Shown: one piece after another, positions 41,823-58,064 of the stretch | Layout of the letters: each line of letters starts with the position of its first letter | Numbering within the stretch: the stretch's first letter is position 1 | Source: the human T2T-CHM13v2.0 reference genome, Homo sapiens | Direction: 5' to 3' (one strand) | DNA length: 64,000 nucleotides | Assembly: GCF_009914755.1 (NCBI RefSeq) | Contig: NC_060931.1 | The notes under the pieces: generated by a model | The model's input: only the letters and a program-made list of their open reading frames with translations | Told to the model about the DNA's origin: nothing | The model's database searches: none | Position numbers and translations under genes: made by a program

Positions 41823-42228
41823 TGTCTTAGTCTGTTTTGTGCTCCTATCACAGAATATCACAGACTGGGAAATTTATAAAGAGCAGAAATGTATTTTTTC
41901 ACAGTTTTGGAGGCTGGGAAGTCCAAGATCAAGGCACCAACAGGTTCAGTTGTCTGGTGAGGGCTGCTCTCTGTTTCCAAGATGGCAGCTTGTTGCTGTA
42001 TCCCCTCCAGAGGGGAGGAACATTGTGTCTTCACATGGCAGAAGACAGAAGGGCAAGCAGAACAAAATCCCTCCATTAAGCTTCTTATAAGGGGGCCTAA
42101 TCCCATTCAGGAAAGGAGGAACCCTCATGACCTAATCACCTCTTAAAGACCCCACCTCTTAATATCTTTACATTGGCCAGTAAGTATTAACACCTGAATT
42201 TTGGAGAGGACACATTCAAACCGTAGCA
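41823..42228 (-). mobile_element. MST (ERVL-MaLR) solo LTR
   Basis: tgtcttagtctgttttgtgct...ggaggctgggaagtccaagatcaagg...acattcaaaccgtagca. Confidence 0.9.
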
Positions 42229-42654
42229 CAATATACAAGAACTAAGTATTACTTGAAGACTACATAAGATTTGTCTTTTAAAACCATCTTTACTTTGTTC
42301 CTTCTTAGTAATGGCTGTCTGAATATCTCTGGTCGTTGGAAGTTTACTCATGTGTTTACCTCTTCTTGAATCAATTTTGGTAACATTTTTTTCTAGAAAA
42401 TCACCTATTTCTTCTGGACTTTCCATTTTTCTGCCCACAAACTTATAATTCCTTATTTCATCCATATCTGTGTGCAATCTCTTATCTTATTCTTGATGCT
42501 TATGGTTTCTATTTTTCTTGGTGAAACTTCTTAAAGATTTGTCTTCTGAAAGACCAGTTCTTGGTTTTATTCAATGACTCTATTTTTCTTGTTGTTAACT
42601 AATTTCCTAATTAATTCCAATTACCACATTTGTCACATTTCTCTTCTTATTTAA

Positions 42655-42948
<294 letters not shown>

Positions 42949-42953
<5 letters not shown>

Positions 42954-43101
42954 GGTCCCAGCTACATAGGAGGCTGAGGCAAGAGGATTGCTTGAGTCCA
43001 GGAGGTTGAGGCTGTAGTGAGCCATATTCACTCCAGCACTCCAGCCTGGACCACAGAGCAAGACCCAGTCTCAAAAACAAAAAACAAAAACAAAACAAAA
43101 C
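42949..43101 (+). mobile_element. Alu right monomer (AluJ-like)
   Basis: cctgcggtcccagctac...gcaagacccagtctc followed by an (AAAAC)n tail. Confidence 0.9.
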
Positions 43102-43286
43102 ACAAGCATTTAGTCTATAAAATCTCTTCCACAGTTTTAGCTTTATAAGGGGGCCAAATCGCATTCAGGAAAGGAGGAGCCCTCATATTTTTTATGTAAA
43201 ATGTTCTCATTTTCATTTATTTTAGCTTAAAACTTCTCTGATCTTAAAACTATCCAGCAGAATATTTTCAAGTTTGAAATGGTAGC

Positions 43287-43700
43287 TGTATTAGTTTGCC
43301 AGGGCCATCATAACAAAGTACCACAAACTGGGTGGCTTAAACAACAGAAATTTACTGTCTGACAGTCCTGGAGGCTAGAAGTCTCAGATTAAGGTGTTGG
43401 CAGGATTGGTTCCTTTGGATGGCTGTGAGGGAAGGATCTGTTTCAGGATTTTCTCTTTGGTTTGTGGATGACTGTTTTCTCCCTGTGTCTTCCCATCATC
43501 TTCCTTTTATGTGTGTGTCTAAATTTCCCCTTTTTGTAAGGAGAACAATCATATTAAATTAAGGCCCACCTTAATGACCTCACTTTAACTTCATTACCTT
43601 TGTGAGGACCGTATCTCCAAGATGGTCATATTCTGAGATACTTGGGTTAAGGATTTCAACATATGAATTTTGGGAGCCCACAAATCAACCCAAAACCACA
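43287..43700 (-). mobile_element. MLT1A/B/C-type (ERVL-MaLR) solo LTR
   Basis: tgtattagtttgccagggccatcataacaaagtaccacaaactgggtggcttaaacaacagaaattt. Confidence 0.9.
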
Positions 43701-43717
43701 GCTTAAAACTGTATTTA

Positions 43718-44037
43718 GGCTGGGCACAGTGGCTCATGCCTATAATGTCAGCATTTTATGAGACCAAGGCAGGGGGATTGCTTGAGGCCAGGAGTTCGAG
43801 ACCAGCTTAAGCAAAAAAGCAAGATCTCATCTCTAGAAAAAATTTAAAAAATAAAGAAAATTAGCCAGGTGTGGTGGCCCAAACCTACAGTCCCAGCTTC
43901 TTAGGAGGCTGAAGCAGAAGCATCACTTGAGCCCAGGAGGTTGAGGCTGCAGTGAGGTATGATCACTCCACTGCAGAGCAGCCCAGCCTAGGTGACAGAG
44001 CAAGACTCTGTCTCAAAAAACAACAATAACAAAAAAA
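43718..44037 (+). mobile_element. AluJ
   Basis: ggctgggcacagtggctcatgcc...gcaagactctgtctcaaaaaa. Confidence 0.93.
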
Positions 44038-44501
44038 CCCTATGAGTAGGGAATCACAAAAACTATATATGCCCTTGTGATTAGGGAATATGACAGGATT
44101 TTCTATTTCTGAATCTTTAAACGTTTTATCTGTGGCCAGTTCTCCCCATGGAAATGTGATAAGAAAGTATATTCTCTATTTGTAGTATTCTATTAAACTA
44201 AGCATCACTGTTAATTACTTTTATATGTGTTGTCATTTTGATCTGTCAAATGCTGAGAGAACTATTATAAATGTCCAATATAACTGTAGTTTTAAATCAA
44301 ACTCGTAAATTTCTAAAGATTTTGCCTTTATGTATTCACTGATATATAATAATGCTGTATGCATAAAAGTGCATAATTTTGTTTCCTCTTCACAAGTTGT
44401 GCAGTTTTGTTCCACTATAAGACATCCCTGTTCATCACAAATTCTGCCCTAAGTTTTAGTTTCTGTAATATGATGTTGCCATCAAATCTTGTTTACATTT
44501 C

Positions 44502-44812
<311 letters not shown>

Positions 44813-46879
44813 TAAATATTTTTTATTTCATTAACTTTTGGGGTACAAATGGTTTTTGGTTACATGGATGAATTGTATAGTGGTGAAGTCTGAGATTTTA
44901 GAGCACCTGTCACCTGAGTAGTGTATATTGTACCCAAAATAAATATATCGTTGTTTCTTCTTTTATTGTTAGCCTTTAATATAATTTTGTTTCAGGTATT
45001 TCTTAAAAAGAGCAAAGAGCTGCATTTTGTTCTTTAACCTTGAGAATACTGTCTCAATAACATTCCATTACGTGCATATACCACATTTTGTTTGTCCATT
45101 TATCCACTGATGGACATTTGGGTTGTTTCCACCTTTTGGTTACTATGAGTACTGCTGCTATGAACATATGTGCTTTCAATTCTTTGGGCATATACCCAGA
45201 AGTAAAATTGCTGGATCATATGGTAATTACATGTTTAATTTTTTGCAGAACCACCAATATCATTTTCCACAGTGGTTGCACTATTTTACATTCCTACCAA
45301 CAGTGCAAAAGGGTTCTAATTTCTCCACATCCTCAACACCACTTGTTTTCTATTTGTTGTTTTAATAGTAGCCATTCTCATGAGTGTTCAGTGTAATCTC
45401 TTTGTGGTTTTGATTTGCCCTTCCCTAATGGTTAGTGATGTAGAGCATATTTTCATGTGCTTATTAGTCATCTGTGTATCTTCTTTGGGGAAATGTCTGT
45501 TCAAATCCTTTGTCCATTTTTAAACTGGGTTATTCACTTCTTGTTGAGTTCATTTTAGTTTTCACTGTGTACTTTATATTGGAAAAAATTTAAGTTTTCT
45601 AATACTCACCTTGCCCCTTATATTTTCAAATTCCACTCAAAACTTGCATTCTCAGTTTCTTAAAAGTCCTGCTGCAGCTGCATCCCAGTTTAATATACAG
45701 GATTTTCATTACTGTTGAGTTCTAACATTTTTTCTTATATGACTTATTTGACTAAAAAAAATAAATTCTTTAGAAATGTGATTCTAAATTTTAAATGTAT
45801 AGGTTTTAATTGTATTTTTACTACTAATTACATTGCATTGTAGTCAACAATGTAGTCAAAGAATGCAGTCTATAAGATACAGATTCATTGATGCTGGAGA
45901 CTTGCTTCATGGCCTATTGTGTGGTCAATTATTAATAATTTTTTGATGTGTCTTGAGAAATACATTTCTTCAATTGCTGGATATGAGGTTCTACATGTGT
46001 CCACCTGATCAAATTTATTCAAGTCTATATATTTACCAATATTTTTGTTGTTTGATCATCAACTGAGAGAAGTATACTGAAAGGTCCCACTGTGACAGTA
46101 GACATTTATAAATTTCTTCTTGTGGTTCTACAATTTTTTGCTTTATACATTTCTGAGGTTATTAGGTACAATACATACACGTTTACATTGTCATATCTTT
46201 TTAAGCCTTTTAATTAGTAATGATCCTCTTTATCCCTAACAGTGCTTTTTAATCTTAAGAACTGTTACATTTAATTAATTAACCCATTTATTAGATATTA
46301 GTAAATCCATATTTCTTTTGATTGGAATTTGCATGGTATGTAAGAAAAAGATACTTATATTTTCTGAGTCTTTATGTTTTAGGGGTGTGTGTCTTATAAA
46401 TAAGATTCAGCAGGAGTTTTCAAAAATCCAACATGATAAAAATCTGTCTTTAATTGGGTACATTTAATCCATTTTTTCCTACTATTTTACTTTGTGCTTT
46501 TCCTCTATGTGATTTTTATTTCCCCTCCTTTCTTGTTTTTTAAATTGATTCAGGAGTTGTTTCTGTTTTCTTTTTTCCTTTACTGGTTTGGAAATAATAT
46601 ACTTTATTTTTATTGTTTTCAAAATTTCACCATGCATACTTGAAGTTAAACTGAAAAGTTAATCAAATCTTGATCTATCTTTCATAGAACAGAAGACCTT
46701 TAGACATTCCTTGCTCACACATTACTTCTGTTCAGTATTTTAGTTCTTTAATTCCACAATTTATATTTTATTTTTATTTAGATATTTTCAGATTTATCCA
46801 AATAATTTAAATTACCCAATCTTATAGACCATTTAAATTCAAATTCTGTGTTTACATTTCTTGTTTATCATTTCTCTCT

Positions 46880-47135
46880 TTAAAATTGAGACAGGATCTT
46901 GCTCTGTTGCCCACACTGATGTGCAGTGGTGCAATCATGACTTACTGCAGTCTCAACCTCCCTGGTTCAAGTGATCCTCCTACCTCAGCCTCCTGAGTAG
47001 CTGGGACCACAGGCACAAGCCACCAATGCTTAGCTATGTTGCCCAGGGTGGTCTCAAACTTCCGGGATCAAGTGATCGTCCTGTCTTGGCCTACCAAAGT
47101 GCTGAGATTATGGGTATGAGCCACCACACTCAGCC
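46880..47135 (-). mobile_element. AluJ with the A-rich linker deleted
   Basis: The right arm joins the left directly (caccaatgcttagctatgttgcccagg). Confidence 0.9.
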
Positions 47136-48196
47136 TTTGCCATTTCTTTTCATATCTCAGACTTCCCTTTAGGATCCTTTAGGATCAAAGGATAACCTTT
47201 AGATGTTCTTTTAATGTACATCTCTTGGTGTTAAATTTTATCAGTCTTTGTTTACTGAAAATGTCTATGTTTAATCATCATTCCTTTTTTTATTTTGAAA
47301 TTATCATGCTGTAAAATTAAATTTTATGTGTGTGTAAAGTTCTACAAGTTTTAGCAAGTATACATTCATTCAACCACCATCATCAGTGAGGATACGAAAT
47401 AATTCTCTCACCCCCAGAAGTTCTCTCATGCTACCCCTTTGTGGTCAAACCCTCTTGCCTTCTCCAACTCCTGATCCTACTATCTGTTGTTCATTCCCAC
47501 GGTTTTGCCTTTCCAGGATGTTATATGAACATAATCATAGAATATAACCTTTCACACTGACTTCTTTCACTCATACAATGCCTTTGGGTTACCTGTTATT
47601 GTGGGTATCAGCAGCATATCCCTTTATATTGCTGAGTAATATTCCCTGTATGGAGGTTACACGGTTTGTTTATCCATTCACCCATTGAAGGATTTTTAAG
47701 TCGTTTTCAGTTTTAGTGGATCATGAATTCAGGTACAGGTTTTTGTGTGTACACAAGTTTTCATTTATCCAGGCTAGCATGAAGGTTTACCGAGAGGTAG
47801 GATTGCTGGAAACTTAGATAAGTGTATGTTTAACTTTATGAAAAGCTTCCAAATTGTTTTCCAAAGTGGTTGTGCTATTTTGCATCTCCACTAGGAATAT
47901 GAGCATTCCAGTTGCTCCATATTCTCATCAGCACTTAAACTGTTGTATTTTAAAAGTTGCTGTAGCCATTCTATAAATGATGTGTACTGGTATTTCACTG
48001 TGGTTTTAGTTTGAATTTTGTTAATGGTAATGATGTCAAGCATCTTTTCATGTGCTTATTTGCCAACCATGTATTTTCTTTGGTGACATGTCTGTTGAAA
48101 TCTTTTGCTCATTTTCTAATTGAGTTGGTTGTTTTATTGTTGACTTTTGAGAAATGTTTATACATTCTGGCTACATGGCTTTGGTTGAACATGTAG

Positions 48197-48575
<379 letters not shown>

Positions 48576-49291
48576 GTTAATTTTCATAAAGTACAATTTA
48601 TCAATTATTTTTTATGAATTATGCTTTGGGTGCCATATCACAGAATTTTTTCCAAACCCAAGGCCAGAAGGATTTTCTCATATATTTTCTTCTGTAAGTT
48701 TTACATTTAGCTCATTTTGAGTTATTTTTTATATAAGATGTGAGCTATAGATCAACAACCTTTTTTTCTTAATATATGTAGAATTGTTTATCATTTGTCA
48801 AAAAGACCATCCCTTCTCCCTGAATTGCCTTTGCACCTTTGTCAAAAAACAAAAACATTCACGAGTCTTATTTTAAACTCTCTTCTGTTTCACTGATCTC
48901 TATGTCTTTCACTAATACCACATTTTATTAGTATAGCTTTGAAGTAAGTATGAAAATTGAGTAATGTGACTTCTCCAACTTTATTAATCACATTCAAAAT
49001 TGCTTTGGTTATTTTAGTTATTTTGTTTTTCCATATAAAATTAATGTCAATTTCTCTATAGATGCAATAAAAAGTAATAGTGCTAAATTGGGGGAAATTG
49101 ACATCTTTACTACACAGAGTCTTCAAATCCATCAATCCATGAACACAGTACACTTCATTTATTTAGGTCTTCTTTAACTTCTTTCATCAACTTTTGTAGT
49201 TTTCACATGTTCTGCACATTTAGATTTATAGCAAGTAATTTAGTTTTTGAAACAAATGTAAATAATAATGTTTTAAATGTCAGTTACCAAT

Positions 49292-49844
49292 TGCATTAAT
49301 TATGCCTTTTAATTTATTTCTGATGTTTTGAAATCTGGGCCCTTGCTGATCCTGGAGAGACTACCCCTCCCAGGGCTAATCAATTCCTAGAGAGAGTAAA
49401 AGACTAACCTTTAAGCGTGCCTTTCATATGCAAACCAACCAATCTAAAGCTCACATCCCCAACTACCTGCATTATAGAGCTCTTATGCTCCAAGCCACTA
49501 TTTCTCTGCTCTAATCACCCCAGGGCCAAGTACCAGACACTTAGAGATAGCCCCTACACCCCAAAACTGCTGAAATTATTCAAACTAGCCAAGCCTAAGC
49601 CTGCTTACCCTGCCTCATCCATTCTTTCATGTGGAAACCACAACAAAGGCTCTTGCCCACGTTTTCCTTCTGTTCCTTCTGCCTCCTGATCGACCCTGAT
49701 GCATCCCCATATGGCCTTGTGTGGTGTGACACGGCCCCTCCTCTTGGGAACTGTAAGTAATAAACTATCTTCTCAATGGTAGTGGTGTCCTGATCTGTTG
49801 GCCTCACTATACCTGCTTAATAATAAACTCTATATCTTAAAACA
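49292..49844 (+). mobile_element. ERV1 solo LTR (MER39/MER21-like) inserted in L1
   Basis: TG...CA ends flanked by a ccaat duplication (49287-49291, 49845-49849). Internal catatgcaaaccaaccaatc and gtaagtaataaac motifs. Confidence 0.8.
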
Positions 49845-52212
49845 CCAATGTTGATTGCTAGTATAGAGAAATATGATGAATTTCTGTATGTTGACCTTGT
49901 GTTCTATGACCTTAGGAAACTCATTTACTGTTTATAAGCATTTACTTGTAGACTCCTTGAACTTTTCTACATGGACAATCATGTCATTTGTGAATATGAA
50001 TAGTTTTATTTCTTTTTATTTTTCTTACTTTATTGTACTGGCTAAGATTTCTAGTGAGAGACTAAGCAGTGAGAGTAGATATCCTGTGTTGTCTGATCTC
50101 AGGGGGAAAGCATTTAGTCTTTCACTACAAAGTATAACGTTAGCTATAGGTTGTTTTTGTTTTAGTACATGCCTTTATCAGTTTTAGGAAGTTCCCTTCT
50201 ATTCCTAGTTTGCTGAGAGCTTTTATCATGAATGGATGTTGAATTCTGACATACAGATATATGTCATCTATATGTCATACATACATTATATTCTGTATAC
50301 ATATATATACATATGGATATTAGCATCAAGTCTTCTTTAGACTATTAATATTACAAAGACTGATTTCAGTTGAACAAGATTTGCATTCTAAGATAAATCC
50401 CACATGGCTGTATTGTTCTTTTTATGTATTGCTGATTCAATTTCTTAATATGTTGATCAGAATTTTTATGTGTACAGTATAAAGAATACTAATCTGTACT
50501 AGTCTTATAGTTTATCTGGTTTTAGTATCAGTGTAACACTGGTCTCAAAAAATGAGTTGGGAAATACTGCATACTCTTCCAGTTTTCTAGAAGAAATTGT
50601 GTAGAACTGCTATTTCTTTAAATAAGAAGAAATGTGGTAGAATTCATCACAAAAAAACATCTAGGCTTCTGTTTTTCTTTTTCAGAAAGTTTTTAACTAC
50701 AAATTCATTCTTTAATTTCTTTTTAAATAATTTTTAGTAGTTTGTGGCTCTCAAAAAAAAAATGGTCCATTTCATTTACACTGCAAAATTTATGTCAATT
50801 GAGTTCCTTACAGTGCTCCATTCCTGACACTGGTAATTTGTGTCTTATTTTTTGGTTAGGCTGGCTTTTCAAAAGTAGCAGCCTTGGGTTTTATTGATTT
50901 TCTTTAATGTTTTTCTGTTTCCAATTTCATTAATTTGTTCTTTATTATTTCCTTTATTCTATTTGCTTTGGTTTTATTTTACTTTTCTTTTTCTAGTTTC
51001 TCACAATAGAACTTAAATTACTGATATGAGACTCCTTTTCTAATACAAGCATTTAATTTTATAAATTTCCTTCCAAGCACTGCTTTAGGAGCATCCTACA
51101 AATATGTTGTATTTATATTTTTGTTCAGTTCAAAATATTTTCTAATATCCCTTGACATTTCCTCTTTGACCCATAGATTACTTAGGAATGTGTTATTCAA
51201 TTTCCAAATATTTGAGGAGTAAATCTCCATATATATGTTACTGGTTTCTAGTTTAAATCTTTATGATTAAAGAATACATTTTGTTTAATTCTAGTTCTTT
51301 TCAAATTGTTAAGGGTGGTTTTGATCCAGGATACCATCCATCTTGGTAAATGTGCACTGAAGTAGCATGTGTTTTCTGCTGTTGCTGCATAGAGTGTTCT
51401 ATACATGTCAATTAGGTTCATTTGATTGACGATGTTGCTCAATTCTTTTATATTGTTGTTGATTTTTCTGTCTACTTGTCATATCCATTACTGAGAGAGA
51501 AGTGTTGAAGTCTCCAATAATAATTGTGGATTTGTTCATTTCTCCTTTTCATTCTGCTAGTTTTTATTTCATGTATTTTGAAGCTCTATTATTAGGTACC
51601 TACAAATTTAGGACTGTTAGTGTCTTCTTGGTGAATTGACTCTTATCATTATGTAATGTCCTTCTATACCTTTGGTAATTTTCCTTGCTCTTTGTTTTGA
51701 CTAGTATTTACATGGTATATCTTTTTCTATACTTTTAATCTACCTACATCATTATATTTAAAGTGGATTGCTTGTAAACACATTTTGGTCTCTTTTTTAA
51801 ATCCAATCTGATAATATCGTGCCTTTTAGTTGGTGTATTTAGGTCATTTACATTTAATGTTAGTATTGATAGGTTTGGATTTAAGTCTACTAGTTTATTT
51901 TCTGCTTGTCCACTATGTTTTTAGTTCCTCTCTTTCTCCTTTCCCACCTTCTTCTGCATTACAGTATTTGAATATTTCTTTGATATTCCATTTTATCTAT
52001 TGCATCTTTGTATAGGGTGTGTGTGTGCGTGCGTGCACACGTGTGTGACTGACCTAGGGATTACAATATACATACTAAAGTTTTCATGTCCATTGAAAAT
52101 TAATATTTTACCACATCAAGTGAAATGTAGAAAATTTACTATTACTGCCTTTAATATTATAGTTGTCATCTGTATTACATTTACATATATAGAAAATTCC
52201 ACCAATGTTTTA

Positions 52213-52423
52213 CAGATGGCCTTCGACTTAGTTTGCCTTACGATTTTTTTTGACTTTACATTGGTACAAAAGCCATATGCATTCAGTACACTCCTTGATT
52301 TTCCATGGGGCTACATCTAGATAAACCCATCCTAAGTTGAAAATGCACATTCAACTTACAATATTTTCAACTTATGCAGGAGTTACTGGGATGTAATCCC
52401 ACTGTAAGTCAAGGGGCATTGGT
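52213..52423. mobile_element. MER47/Tigger5-like non-autonomous DNA transposon
   Basis: ta-cagatggccttcgactta...gataaacccatcctaagttgaaaat...gtaagtcaaggggcattg-gta. Confidence 0.75.
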
Positions 52424-52839
52424 AATTTTTAATCACAACCATCACACATATTTTTAAGAACTTAAAAGTAGAAAAAATACTGTATTTATCCAAATGCTTA
52501 CAATTTCTGTTTCTCTTCTTTCCTGCAGTTCTATAGTTCTCTCTGGTATCAGTTTCCTTTTACCTGAAGAAGTTCCTTTATCCTTTTTTTGGTAAAGCAG
52601 ATCAACTGGAGATAATTTTTCTGAGTTTTCCTTTACCTGTGAATATCTCTATTTCATCTTCATTCCTGAAGCATATTTTTGTCACATATAAAATTCTGGT
52701 TTCAGTGCTTCAAAAATGTTATTCCACTGGCCTTTTGGCCTACATGTTTTTTTCTGAAGTTGTTGCAATCATTGTTCCCCTGTAATGCATCATTTTTTTT
52801 TCTAGCTGATCTCAAACAATTTTATTTCTTTAAATAGCC

Positions 52840-53182
<343 letters not shown>

Positions 53183-54789
53183 TGATAATCTGGGCATAGA
53201 TTTCTTTATTGTATTTGGGGCTCACTGAGCTTCTTAAACCTCTAAGTTTGTCTTTCACTAAACTTGGGAAGCTTTCAGCCACCTTTTTTTTTTTCCAAAT
53301 TTTTTTTTTTGTACCACACTCATCTCTGTATGAAACTCCACTGGCACAAATGTTAGATATTTCTTGGTATTATCTCAGGGGATCCCAAGGCTCTGTCCAT
53401 TTTCTTACAGTCTTCTTCTTTTAGTCTGATTAGATAATTTCCATTCATGTAATTTCTGTCTCCAAATCCACTGACTCTTTTCTTTGTCACAAGCACTCTG
53501 CTTTTGAACATATCCAGTGATTTTCTTCAAATTTCTAATTATTGTATTTTCCAGTTATAAAATTTCCATTTGGTTCTTTTTTATAGCTTCTTTTTCTTAA
53601 CTGAGATTATTATTTCTTAAAGCATGGTTATAACAGCTGTTTTAAAATCACTGCCTAATATAAAACATCTGGGTAATCTCAGGGTTGGTATCTTGTCTCT
53701 TCCCTTGAGACTTAATCAGACTTTCCTGGTTCTTTTTGTGTCAAGTAATTTTGTATCATATCATGAACATTTGGGATATAAGATGCTATGAGACTCTGGG
53801 TCTTGCTCCAATTCTATGAAGAACAGGATGTATTTGAATCTGTCCTAGATGTGCATCAGCCAGGAGCCAGCCTGATATCTGGGTGGGCTATCTATCCCAC
53901 AGCTACTTGGTATGCTGTTTAGGGTCAGATCTATGTTGTATGGCTCAAGGGTGGGCCCAGAAGTTCATACATAACATCATGCGGTCCCTTTATGAGCTCC
54001 CTCTTATCTGTGAAGGGCCCCACTCTCTGACACTCTACTACCCCACCTCCATCCCCCACTGCCACCCGGTCCTCTGACTAGAAAGTCTTGTACTTCCTGC
54101 AACTAGATCTGTCTCTGGGGCCAAACAGCAAGAGAATTAAAAAAAGAAAAAAGCAATAGGAATCATTCTACACTGTTTGGACCATAGTTCCTCTGATCAG
54201 AGAGGATTCACTTCCCTTGGATTTTTAAGTGTCTGGTTGGCTGCTGCTGCCACCACAAAACTGCAGGTTCAGAAGAGAGGATCATATGGCAGAGCTGGGA
54301 GGGAAGAAAAACAAGACAGAGCATTTCTTCCACTTTCTCTGTCTCATAGAGCCTCTCTTCCTGCTCCTTGGATCAGAAATTTCCCTTGGAATTCTTGTTG
54401 TTTGCACCTGTGCACAGTCCTAGGATTCATGCTGTCTTTGAATTCAGACTGGGAGATACAAAAAGTGGGGAAAGGATCCAGGAAACTCATTGCCAGAGCT
54501 TTTGTACTTAAAAGTTCTATTTTCCTTCTCCAGTCTATTTGCTATCATTTACCTTTCAGAGTCCTCAGACAGCTTCTCCAGGCACTCTGCCCAAGGTTTT
54601 TAGACACATTCAGTAGGAGAGAAAGGACAGTATATTTACTTCATCTTAACCACAACTGGAACCTACTATCATTCTTGGTTCTGTTGGATGCAAATTCTAA
54701 GGTGACAGTTACTTGTATTTTGATGATATTGTTCTACTGTTTTCTGGCTTCAGTTGTTCTTAGGAGGTCTGCTATTAACACAAAAGGCT

Positions 54790-55082
54790 ACCTATTGTAT
54801 GAATTCTACATGCATATGTACATGATATTTACATGATATTTTTACACGATATTCTAGAAGAGGCAAAACTATGGTATCAGAAAGCAAATCAGTGTTTACC
54901 TAGGGCTGAGGAAGGAACTGACTACAAAAAAGCATGCGGGGAGTTTCTGGAGTGATAGAAACTCCCCTCTGCCTTAAACGTGATGACGGTTACACGACTA
55001 TATATAGTTGTCCAAATTCATCAATCTCTACACTTCAAACAGGTAAATTTTACTGTATATAAATTATACCTCAATAATGCTG
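54790..55082 (+). mobile_element. L1M 3' end fragment, opposite in orientation to the surrounding L1 block
   Basis: aggcaaaactatggtatcagaaagcaaatcagtgtttacctagggc...aaattatacctcaataa. Confidence 0.75.
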
Positions 55083-55597
55083 GGGGCGGTGGGGGGAGTA
55101 AAAAGAAAGTATGGTATCAGTCTGTATTGTTCTTTTATAGGTAATGTGTCTTTTTTTCCCAGCTGCTTTACACGTTTGTATTTGGTACTGCGTAGTTTTA
55201 CTATCATGTATTTAGTAAGATTTCTTTTTTAAAAAAATTTAAACTCCTATTTGATATACATTGTCCTTCCTGTTTCTGTGGGTTTATGTCAATTCTGAAA
55301 AATTCTCAGATATCATCATGTTGACCACTCTCTTCCCATTCTATCTAGAACTCCAATTAGATGCATGCATAACTTTTTCTTTCTAGCTTTCTATTCATGT
55401 CTCAACTTTTCTTTCATATTTTCCATTTCCAACTCTTTCTGTAGTACCTTTGGGTTATTTCTTTAGATATCTCATTTACTAATTCTCTCTCTTCTGCTCC
55501 CATATACCATTTATCTATTAATTTTTAAATTTCAATGATTTTTCTAAATTCGGTCATTTCTGACATTTTCTGGATCCTTATTCATTTTCAATCTATC

Positions 55598-55902
<305 letters not shown>

Positions 55903-57089
55903 ATCTTTTATTTCTTTAAATGTTTTATGTATAGTCATTTCATACTCTGTTTTGGAAACATCAGTATCTACAGTTCGTAGAGATTGAATATTTTTGTTTC
56001 TGTTGGCTTGTCTGGTGACCTGTCTCCCTTTGTGTCTGGTAATTTTTTTTTAACTGTGAGCTTACATTTATTGTACTTGATATTTATGAGTTCTAAGATT
56101 CCTGGATTAAGGATGATTTTCTCCAGAAAGAATTTTTATTCTTCTATGGATGACAAGTTCTAGCCCTACCAAATTAAGGTCTTAAATTTAATTATTGGTT
56201 GAGTATCTTCCCAATTGGATGAGTAATTTAAATTTGAACTCTATGCCCATAAATTCAGAGCTACTATTGTAAAGATTCAGGAGAAACTAATATACTTTAT
56301 TTCTCAACCTGTAACCAGCATAGACAGACAGATTTCCTAGTTAGATTCTTTAACTAGCAGGCTTACGATCCATAGAACACCCTTTCTCCCAGAAGTTATG
56401 GCCTCTTTGGGCATTTGGCTTTGTTGGGGCCTAAGGGTTGGCTTTCTCACTTTGTGTGAGCATAGGGCCTAGGTTTCCATTACCCCATGATTGTTTTACT
56501 CACAAATGTTAACGTCCAGAGCCCCTGTTTTCTGGAATCAGCATTTGCTTCCAGGTCAGCCAGAGCTTCTGGCTTTATTTATTATTCTTATTTCAGATTA
56601 CTACTCGATTATTTGGTCACTGAAGATCTCCATTCTCTAATGAGAAATGTAAAGTGCATTTAAAAGTACATTTATTGTAATTTATCCAGCCACCGGTATT
56701 TTATAGCAGCAGGGTATTTTAATATACCTAGTCTACCATATTGCCAGAAGCAGTAGATGGCTATGTAAAGAAACAAAACAGGTCCTTAAATGTCAAAGTA
56801 AAGAGTGATTTCCATTGTATTTTTATGCCAAGATACTTTTAACTGTTTTCTCATAATAAAACAGGTTTCATCTTTACCATTAGCACCTTCATTATTACAG
56901 CAGAATGTTGCTTTTATGACATCTATTTTTACAAATGAAATCAAGAAATTTCATCCAACTACATACAGCAGTCAATCATGTTAATGAAGACTTTCCATGA
57001 AAGTAATCTACAAGAAACATTAGGTACTTGAAATCTCTAGATCACTTCAATTTTGTGCTTTTGTTTTAAATATCTCATAAAAATATTTA

Positions 57090-57890
57090 TTATCCACGAA
57101 TCAAGTATTTACTGAATATCTTCTGTATACAAGGAACCCACTCTCAGCTCTTCAGGGTATACAAAAATAATTAATATGCAATTCTTGCTCAAATTAAGAA
57201 TTTGATTTGGTGAGCCAGACTATTACTGCATTATAAAATTAACTTTAATACACAAAATATTGTCATACAAAAGTTAAAATGTTCAAAATTCCAAGAAGAG
57301 AAATATCACATTCATTTGGGGCATAAAACTACAACAGAAGAGTAAAAGAAGCTTCACTAAAAAGATCAGATCAATATGGGCCATGAAAGATGATTAAGAT
57401 TATATATACTGGTAAGAAACGACTAGGGACAGAGAAAGAAATTCTGTGTAAAGTGATCTGCAAAAGCAAACGCATAAAGGCGAAAAAAGTAGGGAATTTG
57501 TGCAGAAAATTGTAAGTAGCTGAATTTAGAACAAACAAAACTCCAGATACACTGACTCTCATTTAATCTTCAAACATGCCATGCCCTTTTCTAATTCTCA
57601 ACTTTGAATACTATCTCTTCTTGGAATGTCCTCATCCAGCCCCATAATACATGGTAAACATGGATTACTTCTTCAGGAAAGCAACTGCCTAGCAATCAGA
57701 TCTGGTAAATGTGGATGACCCTAACTACATCATCGTCTTATCATGGAACTTCTTTATATCTCTGTTATGGCAATTACCGATCCATACTGTAACACAGTAT
57801 CTTTTTCCATGCCCATCTCACTGATTAGACATCGTCTAGACTAGACTAGAGTATGAGCTTCTTGAGAGCAAAGACCATGACTTATTCTAA
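57090..57890. mobile_element. L2 fragments in both orientations
   Basis: caagtatttactgaatatcttctgtatacaagg; actagagtatgagcttcttgagagcaaagaccatg. Confidence 0.55.
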
Positions 57891-58064
57891 CAAAGTGGCT
57901 GATATATGCATTATTCTAAAAACAGGAGTGGAAGAAGTATAGGAAAAAAGGAACGAGAAAAATTCTGTAAATTTCCTTGCATGTATTTAACAAACTTTGA
58001 CAGGTAGTGCAGAACCAGAATATGTCACTGGCTAAGAGAAAAATGTAGCGGCAGACTCTCTAAG

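Noticed and set aside
54177-54836. Longest ORF in the track (219 aa, + strand)
   Set aside because: It starts at TTG, has no recognisable domain, lies within the old L1 block antisense to HIBADH, and runs into an L1 3' end. A chance ORF.
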